Part shown: positions 39,275 to 46,894 of the stretch, piece after piece
How positions within the stretch are numbered: the first letter of the stretch is position 1
Layout of the letters: each line of letters begins with the position of its first letter
Virus record (IMG/VR): IMGVR_UViG_3300045118_000377
Span: 31,491 to 95,490 of that record
Length of the DNA: 64,000 bases
Reading direction: 5' to 3' (one strand)
From: a virus
Made by a program: the position numbers and the translations under genes
The notes under the pieces: generated by a model
Database searches by the model: none
Told to the model about the DNA's origin: nothing
The model's input: only the letters and a program-made list of their open reading frames with translations

Positions 39275-42114
39275 GCCGCCTGCTGCCCAAGATCGCCCAG
39301 GAGCACAAGCTCCAGGGGCACACCGAGGTCCAGGGCATACCCATAGCGATCGAGAACCGCAAGGGATCTGTCCGTGAGGGGACGACTGAGGACGGTCATC
39401 ACTGGCGCACGAAGATGAAGTTCCCCTACGGCTACATCGAGGGGACCAAGGGCGCAGACGACGAGCCAGTGGACGCCTATGTCGGGCCGGACAAGGACGC
39501 GCCCTACGCCTACGTCGTCCACCAGCACAAGCCGGATGGGACGGGCTTCGATGAAGACAAGGTCATGCTCGGGTTCGACAGCAAGGAGGACGCGCGCAAG
39601 GCCTACCTCGAGCACTACGACTCCGACAAGTTCCTCGGCCCCATCTCCCAGGTCACGATGGAGCGTCTGCAGGAACTTGTGGACAGCGGCAAGAAGCTGG
39701 AGAAGATCAGCCATCCGCATGTCCGCATGGAGAAGCCCGGAAGGTGCGGGGCGGCCGCGTTGAGGATCGCTCTTCGCGTTCACGGCATGGACATGCCGGA
39801 GGGCACGGCCGCGAAGTTGGTGAACACTGACAAGGAGGGGGCTGACCCGGAGTCTCTGGCCTCGGTCGCTGAAGCTGCTGGTCTGGATGCTGAGATCGTG
39901 GACGGCATGAAGTTCCACGAGCTCGCATGGCACACCGCAAAGGGCAGGCCGGTGGTCGTGGCATTCCAAGCGTGGCGCGGGGACACCAAGCGCCCAGCGT
40001 GGGAGGACAACTGGGACGACGGTCACTACGCCGTAGTGCTGGGCGTGGAGAACGACAAGGTTCGGATCAGTGACAGCTCGGATAGCGACAACAGCTACCT
40101 GCTAGATCGCGCGGAATTCGAGCGCCGATGGCATGACGTGGACAAGGACGGCACAGTCCGAGATCATCTTGGGATCGTGATCTCTCCGAAAATGGAGAAG
40201 CGTGCCTACAACAGGGGCGTGCATTTTCATCTGATGAACAAGACCATCCAGAAGGCGTTTGGGGACGACCTGACTCCAGAGGCCAGGCGTGTGATGTTGG
40301 ATCAGGCTCGAGAGTCAGATGTAGGGCTTCGACACCCGTGGAATCCATGGAATGCGATCCAGCACGCATTCCCCACGCTCTCGAAAGAGGAGCTTCGAGA
40401 AGAGACGCAGGGCAAGCACGAAGAGGCGATCGGATCTCTTGCCAGGGCAATCGGGGACAGGCATCTCTCCGACGTCCGCAGGTCTGTCATGGCCACGGGC
40501 GCACTGAAGGACCTGGCCCAGGCACAGCATGCCCGTATCGATGTCCACTCTCACCACGACAAGCCGCTGGAGATCGCCGAAGCCAAGGGCGGCCCAGAGC
40601 GTGTGCAGGAGTTCGTCAAGCTGCGCAGTGCGCTCCGCGATCGGCTAGGTCCGTACGGTGGGTTCGTGTCCTCTGGTATCGAGCATCTCAGATCTGGGTT
40701 CGATCTGAGGCTGAAGATGCCGGTCCTGCGCAGCGAGCTCGACAAGTTCAATCCAGAGAAGTGGGAATCGGACAAGAGCACGTTGCGCACAGCCGATGAG
40801 TACGGGCGGGAGATCAAGCACGATCTTCTGAGAACGCTGAAGTCCGAACACGACCTGAAGCCGCGCGAGGCAAAGAACGCGGTCCACGAGTTCCTGCGGT
40901 CGTTCTCGCCCGGGGTCGTTGACGAGGCTGCTGCTGAGGTGAAGGACACCGCCAAGTTCCTGGCGAGCACTGCCGGCAGGTTGTGGCGCGGTGGTGAGAA
41001 GACGTCAGCCGTCGAGCCGAAAGGGATCAAGTTCCTCTACATGGATACAGGCGGTGGCCATCGCGCACAGGCGCAGGCAATGGTGGAGGCCGCACAACAG
41101 CGTGGTATTCCGGCCGAGGCCATCCATTGGGGAGAGTTCGCGAAAGGCACGTCGCTCAAGAGCTACGAGAAGGCGTACACGGACTACCTTCAGGACAAGA
41201 AGGGCCTGCCTGCGTTAGGGTTGGCGCACATCAGGTTCCACATGATGGGGACCGACAAGGAGAAGCTTCGCAACTGGGTCGACCAGAACAGAGACCAGGC
41301 GATCGTCGTGACTCACGAGCATCTTCAACGTCACTTCAAGGGCATCGAGCATCCAGTTCATGTCCTGCACTCAGATCCCGTGAAGTGGCCAATGGCTTCC
41401 AAGGTGGACAAGCCTGATCGTATCCACATCGGCCTCCCAGAAGTTCTGAAAGAGCTCGGTGTGAAGAACAAAGTGCCGATCAGCAACGTCCCTGTAGGAA
41501 AGGGCGTGCTCCAACCCAAGGGCAAGTCGGGCTTGATCGACCCTGAGAAGTTCAACGTCACGGTGAGTGGTGGCGGTCTTGGCGCTGAGGTCGCTCCGCT
41601 CACAAAGCAGGTGTTGAAGTCAGATCTGCCGGAAGACGCAGTTGTTCATGCAGTTGCCGGCAAGAACAAGGGCGCGTTGAAGGAGCTACGAAGCATCGCC
41701 AAGAAGGATCCTCGTCTTCAGGTCCATGGCTTTGCACCGTTGCCTACGATGATGCGGGAGGCAGATCTGAACGTCGTTCGTACGCACGGCACGACCTTCG
41801 CGGAGACCGTGGCGTCGGGCAAGCCCGCGGTCTACTACGGGCCGAAAGCGCCGCTGGTGGGCAAACTGCATCCGGTCACCGATTTCCAGGCAGATCTGAC
41901 AAGAAGAACTGCGTTGTATGCGGGAGAACAGGTGGGGCATCCTGTTGCTATCGGTCTGGAGAACGTACCCGATGCCGTGGAAGAGGCGGTAGAGAACGCT
42001 CCGAAGTTCAGGCGACTGGCTGTCGAGGCCAAGAAACAGATGGGTAACCCCGCGGACCAGGCTGTGAAGCAGATCATGAAGCCACGTAGGGGATACCTGC
42101 GCCCGAAGGAGTAG
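39271..42114 (+). CDS. Polyvalent protein: inorganic-pyrophosphatase-like + C39 peptidase + Zn phospholipase C/P1-like + MGDG-synthase/UgtP-like glycosyltransferase
   Basis: InPase IENRKGS..YGYI.GT.GADDEPVD..DEDKVMLGF. C39 CGAAAL...GHYAVV...ISDS. PLC/P1-like YNRGVH...QHARIDVHSH. GT-B TGGGHRAQA...VTH...GGGLG...AGKN...VHGF...MREADL...GTTFAE...GKP. Confidence 0.75.
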   Translation: MSRLLPKIAQEHKLQGHTEVQGIPIAIENRKGSVREGTTEDGHHWRTKMKFPYGYIEGTKGADDEPVDAYVGPDKDAPYAYVVHQHKPDGTGFDEDKVMLGFDSKEDARKAYLEHYDSDKFLGPISQVTMERLQELVDSGKKLEKISHPHVRMEKPGRCGAAALRIALRVHGMDMPEGTAAKLVNTDKEGADPESLASVAEAAGLDAEIVDGMKFHELAWHTAKGRPVVVAFQAWRGDTKRPAWEDNWDDGHYAVVLGVENDKVRISDSSDSDNSYLLDRAEFERRWHDVDKDGTVRDHLGIVISPKMEKRAYNRGVHFHLMNKTIQKAFGDDLTPEARRVMLDQARESDVGLRHPWNPWNAIQHAFPTLSKEELREETQGKHEEAIGSLARAIGDRHLSDVRRSVMATGALKDLAQAQHARIDVHSHHDKPLEIAEAKGGPERVQEFVKLRSALRDRLGPYGGFVSSGIEHLRSGFDLRLKMPVLRSELDKFNPEKWESDKSTLRTADEYGREIKHDLLRTLKSEHDLKPREAKNAVHEFLRSFSPGVVDEAAAEVKDTAKFLASTAGRLWRGGEKTSAVEPKGIKFLYMDTGGGHRAQAQAMVEAAQQRGIPAEAIHWGEFAKGTSLKSYEKAYTDYLQDKKGLPALGLAHIRFHMMGTDKEKLRNWVDQNRDQAIVVTHEHLQRHFKGIEHPVHVLHSDPVKWPMASKVDKPDRIHIGLPEVLKELGVKNKVPISNVPVGKGVLQPKGKSGLIDPEKFNVTVSGGGLGAEVAPLTKQVLKSDLPEDAVVHAVAGKNKGALKELRSIAKKDPRLQVHGFAPLPTMMREADLNVVRTHGTTFAETVASGKPAVYYGPKAPLVGKLHPVTDFQADLTRRTALYAGEQVGHPVAIGLENVPDAVEEAVENAPKFRRLAVEAKKQMGNPADQAVKQIMKPRRGYLRPKE

Positions 42115-42117
42115 GTG

Positions 42118-43362
42118 ATGCCTTTCAAGAGCGAGGCACAACGCCGTCTGTTCTGGGCCAAGGTCGGCCGCGGGGAGATCAGTCGGGATACGGCCAAGGA
42201 ATGGGAGGACGCCACGCCTGGGGGGAAGCTACCGGAGCGCGTCAAGCAGTCCAAGGAGAAAGAGGGAACCATGCTGAAGACAGCTCGCATCTTTGGTGCC
42301 AGCACACCAGAGGATGTCATTGCGACCACCACGATCCCCTATCGCCATCGCGCGGCCGCCTACAAAGAGTACCTGCAGCAGAAGAGCGAAGAAGATCCAA
42401 CGCCGTGGGGACACGCTCTCTTGGGTGGTGGGGCCATCGGTGCGGGGCTCGGCGGCCTGGTTGGGGCGAGTGGAGGTCTTCGAGGAGCTGGTCTCGGCGC
42501 GCTCATTGGGGGACTCGGCGGGGCCGGTCTCGGCGCGCTTGCTAGGGCGCACGACGTCGGTAACATCGAGCGTGCCCAGAACGTGCTGCGGGGAGGCGAC
42601 ATCGACGCCGACCTGGCTTCACAGATCGGTCACGTGGAGAGCAGACGGCGGCTGGACGATTACCTCACTCGCGAGCGCCGGCACCGCGAGATGGTCGGCA
42701 CGATCGGCGGCCTGAAAACCGCGGCGCTGTCCGAGGGCGGCAAGGTCGAGATGGAACACGCCGACACCATCCGACGTCTCATGGCCAACTCCGGTGCGTC
42801 CGTGGAGGAGGCAGCGAACATGATCGCGAACGATCACGAGAAGGAGCTGGGTAGGGACTACTACCCGGCGCTCAAGGGCATGGAGGCCGCGCTCGAGCAG
42901 ACGAAGAAGGCTGCCTTCTGGGACGAGATGGGCAAGATCGCGGCGAGCGGGAAGGGCGTGCTCAAGAAGCTGCTGAAGGCCACCAAGCCATCCGCGATTG
43001 AGGGCGAGCTTGGCAAAGGCACGGTCCCGGAAGAGCTGAGGACTGGCGCGCTCGACAAGCTCAAGAAGCTCATTTCCAAGCCCGTTGGGCCCGAAGCCAT
43101 GCACGGCGAGCACAGGCTGGTGTCCATCCCGGAGATCTTGCAGAAGACCGGCTCGGCTGAGGAGCTGACGACGGGTGAACGCATCAGGAAGGTCGGCCCG
43201 CTGCTGGGAGGCCTCGCAGGTGCCGGCCTCGGCCTGCACTCGGGGCTGCGAAGCGGGAACGTCTTGGCCAAGACACTGGGCGGGGCCGCCGCCGGCACAA
43301 CTGCAGGCTGGGTGCCGGACATCATCGCCAGCGGCGTCGAGGGCATCAGGGGCCGCGCATGA
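42118..43362 (+). CDS. KxA-segmented protein with glycine-zipper membrane segments and a DUF5661-like domain
   Basis: MPFKSEAQRR N-terminus; GxxxG zippers; GKVEMEH...IANDH.KE..DYYPAL..ME; linkers KTA, KTAA, KKAAFWDEMGKIAAS, KTGSA. Confidence 0.65.
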   Translation: MPFKSEAQRRLFWAKVGRGEISRDTAKEWEDATPGGKLPERVKQSKEKEGTMLKTARIFGASTPEDVIATTTIPYRHRAAAYKEYLQQKSEEDPTPWGHALLGGGAIGAGLGGLVGASGGLRGAGLGALIGGLGGAGLGALARAHDVGNIERAQNVLRGGDIDADLASQIGHVESRRRLDDYLTRERRHREMVGTIGGLKTAALSEGGKVEMEHADTIRRLMANSGASVEEAANMIANDHEKELGRDYYPALKGMEAALEQTKKAAFWDEMGKIAASGKGVLKKLLKATKPSAIEGELGKGTVPEELRTGALDKLKKLISKPVGPEAMHGEHRLVSIPEILQKTGSAEELTTGERIRKVGPLLGGLAGAGLGLHSGLRSGNVLAKTLGGAAAGTTAGWVPDIIASGVEGIRGRA

Positions 43363-43949
43363 GGTTCTTCATCCTCATCCTATCTTTCCTTACATGCTCC
43401 TACGTGATGGCGGCCCCGCCGGCAGTCCCGGCCGCTCGCAGGGAGGCCCCTGTCGCCGCCCCGGCTGCCCCGGGAACCCCGTGCGTGGAGGCGACCTACG
43501 CCGACCCCAAGCGGGAGCCCAACTACGCCTGCAGAGGCCCCTGGGAGGACGTGCTGGTGCCTGACGTCCAGTTCCGGCCCTCCATCGGCCTGGCCAAGGG
43601 CAAGCCCGTCAGCCTGCCGGCGCTCGAGTACGACGCGGTCCTCATGGACCGGGCCAAGGTCATCGAGCTGGGCCTACGCATCGAGGCCCTACGGAGACTC
43701 CGATGGATGGACCTCCATCGAAGTTCGGACCTGCTCACGATCGAGCAGAAGTACCTGCGGGACACGGCTGCGGAGAAGGACAAGCTCGCGCAGAGCCAGG
43801 TGGAGTCGTACAAGAACCAGCTCGTGCAAACGCAGGCGGAGCTCGCAAAGGAGCGGCGCTGGTACCGCAGCTGGACCTTCGGTCTGGTTGTGGGCGTGGT
43901 TCTAACCGCCGCGACCGCCGCGGGCGTGGCGATCGCTGTCCGCAAGTAG
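43359..43949 (+). CDS. Secreted coiled-coil protein with C-terminal TM anchor (spanin-like)
   Basis: Signal peptide, Pro/Ala linker, coiled coil, RWYRSW followed by a TM helix. Confidence 0.5.
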   Translation: MRFFILILSFLTCSYVMAAPPAVPAARREAPVAAPAAPGTPCVEATYADPKREPNYACRGPWEDVLVPDVQFRPSIGLAKGKPVSLPALEYDAVLMDRAKVIELGLRIEALRRLRWMDLHRSSDLLTIEQKYLRDTAAEKDKLAQSQVESYKNQLVQTQAELAKERRWYRSWTFGLVVGVVLTAATAAGVAIAVRK

Positions 43950-43960
43950 ATCGTAGCTAA

Positions 43961-43989
43961 GCAAAGCCAGCACCGACCGCTGGCTTTGC
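43961..43989. terminator. Hairpin between convergent modules
   Basis: Perfect 11-bp stem GCAAAGCCAGC / GCTGGCTTTGC with a 7-nt loop; U-tract is weak. Confidence 0.6.
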
Positions 43990-44008
43990 CCCGCCCCCGT
44001 CCTACTTG

Positions 44009-44422
44009 TCATTTCAGTTTGACCGTGAACACCTCGCCCACGAACGTGTCTTCAAATAGCTCGTGGATAGCGAAGTCCACCTCGATCGTCGCGCGCTTGG
44101 GAAGAGACAGAAGGAACTTCTTCTTGTCGGGCGACCATACCCCATCGCTGGTCGCCGAGTCGTAGAAGAAGATCTTGCGGCTGGACTCGGGAAGCCAACA
44201 CGTGAGCATGGGGTCTCCGCGCTTGTTGGTCGTGAAGCCCATGTGCTCGCAGACTAGCTGTGCGCGTTTCCCGAGAGCGGCCTTGCCGTCGGCCATGATC
44301 TCGGTGTAACTGCGGTAGTCGACCGAGCACAGGTCCCTGTGCCAGTAGTACGGCAGGCAGGTGGGTTTCGGTTCGTTCTTGCACCCAGTCAGCAGCATGG
44401 CCAGACACAGAACTCGGATCAT
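44009..44422 (-). CDS. Lipoprotein
   Basis: Lipobox MIRVLCLAMLLTG-C; AAAGGAGG RBS. Confidence 0.7.
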   Translation of the reverse strand: MIRVLCLAMLLTGCKNEPKPTCLPYYWHRDLCSVDYRSYTEIMADGKAALGKRAQLVCEHMGFTTNKRGDPMLTCWLPESSRKIFFYDSATSDGVWSPDKKKFLLSLPKRATIEVDFAIHELFEDTFVGEVFTVKLK

Positions 44423-44537
44423 CTGATCCTCCTTTCCTTACTGATCTTATACCACGATCCAAGCTAAGAAGAGACCGCTACTGGCTCTCTCCATCGCCGA
44501 TTCTTTACCCTGGTTGGCGTCCCAGCCGTTGGAGTAC

Positions 44538-45065
44538 CTACCCGCCGAGCTTGCCGACGAGCGCCGACGCGATCTCGAGCGCGACCTTGTCGGCCGCGTC
44601 CTGCCTGCCAGCGTAGCGCAGGTCGATCTCGAGCTGCCTCAGCTGCGTGAGACGCCTCGACTCGTCCTCGAGCGCGTTGTCACGGGCCGAGGACGCGGCG
44701 ACCGCACGCACGATCATGCCACCGATCGCCTTGAACGCCTCGGTGTCGAGCCCGAAGACGCCGAGCACCTTCTTGAGGAAGGCGATCTTGTTGTCGGCGA
44801 TCTTCGCGTTGCGCTCCTCGCGCTCGTCGTCCGAGGTCATCTCGTCGAGCAGCTTGCGGGCGCTCTTGAGCTCGTCCTCGGTATCGGCCTTTTCCTCGTT
44901 GGCGTCGCGAACCTCGTTCTCGAGCCGCCGAGTCTCGGCGTTCAGCCGCTCGACCTCCTCACGGAGGTACTCGAGCGTGTAGTTGGAGCCCTCATCCAGG
45001 GCGGACTCCGCAGCCCTCTTCGCCGCCTTCTTGGGGCGAAGCGTCTCTTCCGAGTTGAAGTTCAT
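44538..45065 (-). CDS. Coiled-coil hypothetical protein
   Basis: AAAGGAG RBS; heptad-rich. Confidence 0.7.
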   Translation of the reverse strand: MNFNSEETLRPKKAAKRAAESALDEGSNYTLEYLREEVERLNAETRRLENEVRDANEEKADTEDELKSARKLLDEMTSDDEREERNAKIADNKIAFLKKVLGVFGLDTEAFKAIGGMIVRAVAASSARDNALEDESRRLTQLRQLEIDLRYAGRQDAADKVALEIASALVGKLGG

Positions 45066-45126
45066 ATAGCTCCTTTCTCGGTTATGATCTTATACCCCCA
45101 TCTGCGATCTGATTTTCAAGCTAACA

Positions 45127-45151
45127 GGAGACGGCTGGTATCGCCGTCTCC
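45127..45151 (-). terminator. Putative terminator hairpin
   Basis: 9-bp stem GGAGACGGC/GCCGTCTCC followed on the minus strand by TGTTAGCTT. Confidence 0.5.
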
Positions 45152-45183
45152 CATGCCCTTATCCCTGGTTGCCGTCGAGGATT

Positions 45184-45354
45184 CTAGGAGGGCCTGTTGA
45201 TGTGGTAGCAGCCGTCCGGCGTGGGGTGTCCCTTGACCCGGTTCTGCGCGGCGACCAGCCTCTTGGCCGCCGGAGAGAGGTCTTCGAACCGTCTGTGTCC
45301 GTTTCGGTACTGCATGATCTGCAGCACCACTTTGAACAGCTCAGTTCGTTCCAA
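45184..45354 (-). CDS. 56-aa hypothetical protein (not in ORF track)
   Basis: TTG start after AAAGGAG; MERTELFKVVLQIMQYRNGHRRFEDLSPAAKRLVAAQNRVKGHPTPDGCYHINRPS. Confidence 0.6.
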   Translation of the reverse strand: MERTELFKVVLQIMQYRNGHRRFEDLSPAAKRLVAAQNRVKGHPTPDGCYHINRPS

Positions 45355-45414
45355 GGTACGTCTCCTTTCTCGGTTATGATCCTTATCCCAAGATCAGAGA
45401 CGTTCTTGCTAATG

Positions 45415-45439
45415 GAAAAGGCCCCGGGAGCCGGGGCCT
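45415..45439 (-). terminator. Rho-independent terminator of the replication operon
   Basis: AGGCCCCGG-N3-CCGGGGCCT running into a T-tract on the minus strand, just after TGA45441. Confidence 0.7.
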
Positions 45440-45440
45440 G

Positions 45441-45638
45441 TCAAACGAAGCGAGCGTCGTTCAGTAGGCGGGTGCGGGCTTGCTCGATGTTCTGGGCACC
45501 TTGAAGGCTGACGCCCAGCTTGTCGGCCATGCCCGCGAGCTCGGAGAGGTCAAGCCGCAGGAATTCTGCCTGCGGGATCGTGGCCCACTTCTCGTTCTCG
45601 GGACCGACCGTGCCGGGCCGTATGCCCGGCTGTGTCAG
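45441..45638 (-). CDS. 65-codon reading frame with no canonical start (CTG start or -1 frameshift extension), HeH/Rho_N-like
   Basis: Coding-like codon usage; EFLRLDLSELAGMADKLGVSLQGAQNIEQARTRLL; fills the gap up to the terminator. Confidence 0.5.
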   Translation of the reverse strand: MTQPGIRPGTVGPENEKWATIPQAEFLRLDLSELAGMADKLGVSLQGAQNIEQARTRLLNDARFV

Positions 45639-46204
45639 GAACCCTGGATGTCGCCCTCGATCTTCTCCATCTCGTCGGCCACCGTGCGGTCGTCATCGGC
45701 GCTCTCGCCCGTGATGATCTCCTCCGCCTCCATGCGCTTGGCGAAGTACTTGAACCCGCCGGTGAGCACGTAGACGTCCGCGCGCAGCTCGTTGAGCTGC
45801 TCGGTCGAGGACTTCGTCAGGGCGTCGAGCACCTCGCCGATGGCGTCGAGCTTCTTCTCCAGCGTCTTGAGCTGGTCGGCGACGTCACCATCGTCGCGGG
45901 AGGACGACTTTCCCTCGCCGCGGCCACGGGGACGCTCGTCCTCCTTCTCGTCCTCCTTCTCGTCCTCCTTCTCGTCCTTCTCCTCCTTCTTCCCTCTTGC
46001 GGGCACGCCGCGTCCCTTCTTCGGCTCCTCCTTCTCCTCCTTCTTGCCCTTGCCGTCCTCTTCCTGGTTCTCCAAGATCCACTCGATCAGCTGCTCCTGG
46101 GTCAGCTCCGCCACCTTCTCCGCGTCGTAGCCCATCGCCCTCGCGGTCTTGCGGAGCAGGAAGCGCTTCATCCCCTGGAGCTCGGACTTCTTGTAGATCG
46201 CCAT
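45635..46204 (-). CDS. Rho_N/HeH-like domain + charged linker + coiled coil protein
   Basis: ELQGMKRFLLRKTARAMG...QEQLIEWIL; EKED repeats; AAAGGAG RBS. Confidence 0.65.
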   Translation of the reverse strand: MAIYKKSELQGMKRFLLRKTARAMGYDAEKVAELTQEQLIEWILENQEEDGKGKKEEKEEPKKGRGVPARGKKEEKDEKEDEKEDEKEDERPRGRGEGKSSSRDDGDVADQLKTLEKKLDAIGEVLDALTKSSTEQLNELRADVYVLTGGFKYFAKRMEAEEIITGESADDDRTVADEMEKIEGDIQGS

Positions 46205-46421
46205 TCAAGATCTCCTTTCGAGGTCTGCCTCTGCGGACAACTTCAACTTGTCTGATCATGGCCTCGAGCGCCGAGACGTCCGCGATTTCCAGCGCCCGGT
46301 TTCTGGCATTCACGATGTGTGGTGGTGCCGGTTCCCAATCAGCGCAGTATCTGCCCTCCTTGAGCATCTCCAGGCTGGTGTTGACACACCGGCCCAGTAG
46401 TTTGCACGTGAAGCACCTCAT
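45885..46421 (-). CDS. Cys-rich hypothetical protein whose 3' part overlaps the next gene out of frame
   Basis: ATGA coupling at 46421; CFTC...C...C in the first ~30 aa. Confidence 0.5.
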   Translation of the reverse strand: MRCFTCKLLGRCVNTSLEMLKEGRYCADWEPAPPHIVNARNRALEIADVSALEAMIRQVEVVRRGRPRKEILNGDLQEVRAPGDEALPAPQDREGDGLRRGEGGGADPGAADRVDLGEPGRGRQGQEGGEGGAEEGTRRARKREEGGEGREGGREGGREGGRASPWPRRGKVVLPRRW

Positions 46422-46894
46422 CCCCTCTCCTGGAATTGGTGCTCGTTGTCGATGAAGCACTCCATCACGCAGGCGTCGCTGCAGTCTTCACAGGCGATCC
46501 CGCAACGGATCTGGGAGTAGATGTACCTCCAGTTCTGCTGTTGCCAGAAGGCGATCTTGTCCCGTAGCATGTTCACGGGTGAGTCCTTCAGATCGGTGGT
46601 GGACAACAACCCCATGATGATGTCGATGAGCTGCCGCCGTGACAGCGTTCTGCACAGCACACGACAGAGCTCGTTCTCGCTCCTGATGTCTTTTCCCCGG
46701 TTGTAGTAGCACAGGCGCAGCAGCTCCGTGTGGCTGATGTCCTCCCAGGGGATTCTGGTGATCTTGAACGTCCGAGGGTCGGTCTTCTTGCGACGCTTCT
46801 TGGGCTTCACCTCCTCGACGTGGTGATAGTGCCGATCATCGTGCATCGGCTCCGGTGGCTCCATGCCCTCGAACATCTCGATGTCGTAGGTCAT
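46418..46894 (-). CDS. Hypothetical protein with C-terminal Cys cluster
   Basis: CGIACEDCSDACVMEC; ATGA coupling. Confidence 0.6.
   Translation of the reverse strand: MTYDIEMFEGMEPPEPMHDDRHYHHVEEVKPKKRRKKTDPRTFKITRIPWEDISHTELLRLCYYNRGKDIRSENELCRVLCRTLSRRQLIDIIMGLLSTTDLKDSPVNMLRDKIAFWQQQNWRYIYSQIRCGIACEDCSDACVMECFIDNEHQFQERG

Larger units (their letters stand above)
45070..45381 (-). repeat. 20-bp direct repeat in the leaders of two consecutive genes (45070-45089 and 45362-45381)
   Basis: Minus-strand GATCATAACCGAGAAAGGAG in both, preceded by TATAA/GATAAG; a partial third copy TATAAGATCA...AAAGGAG lies at 44430-44451. Confidence 0.8.

Noticed and set aside
45070-45381. Direct repeats as a possible CRISPR array, given the nearby Cas4-like gene
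   Set aside because: There are only two exact copies, ~290 nt apart, each containing an RBS. Solo Cas4-like nucleases are common in phage replication modules, and no other cas genes are present.
45936-45990. 12-bp tandem repeat (TCGTCCTCCTTC)
   Set aside because: It simply encodes a low-complexity EKED linker.
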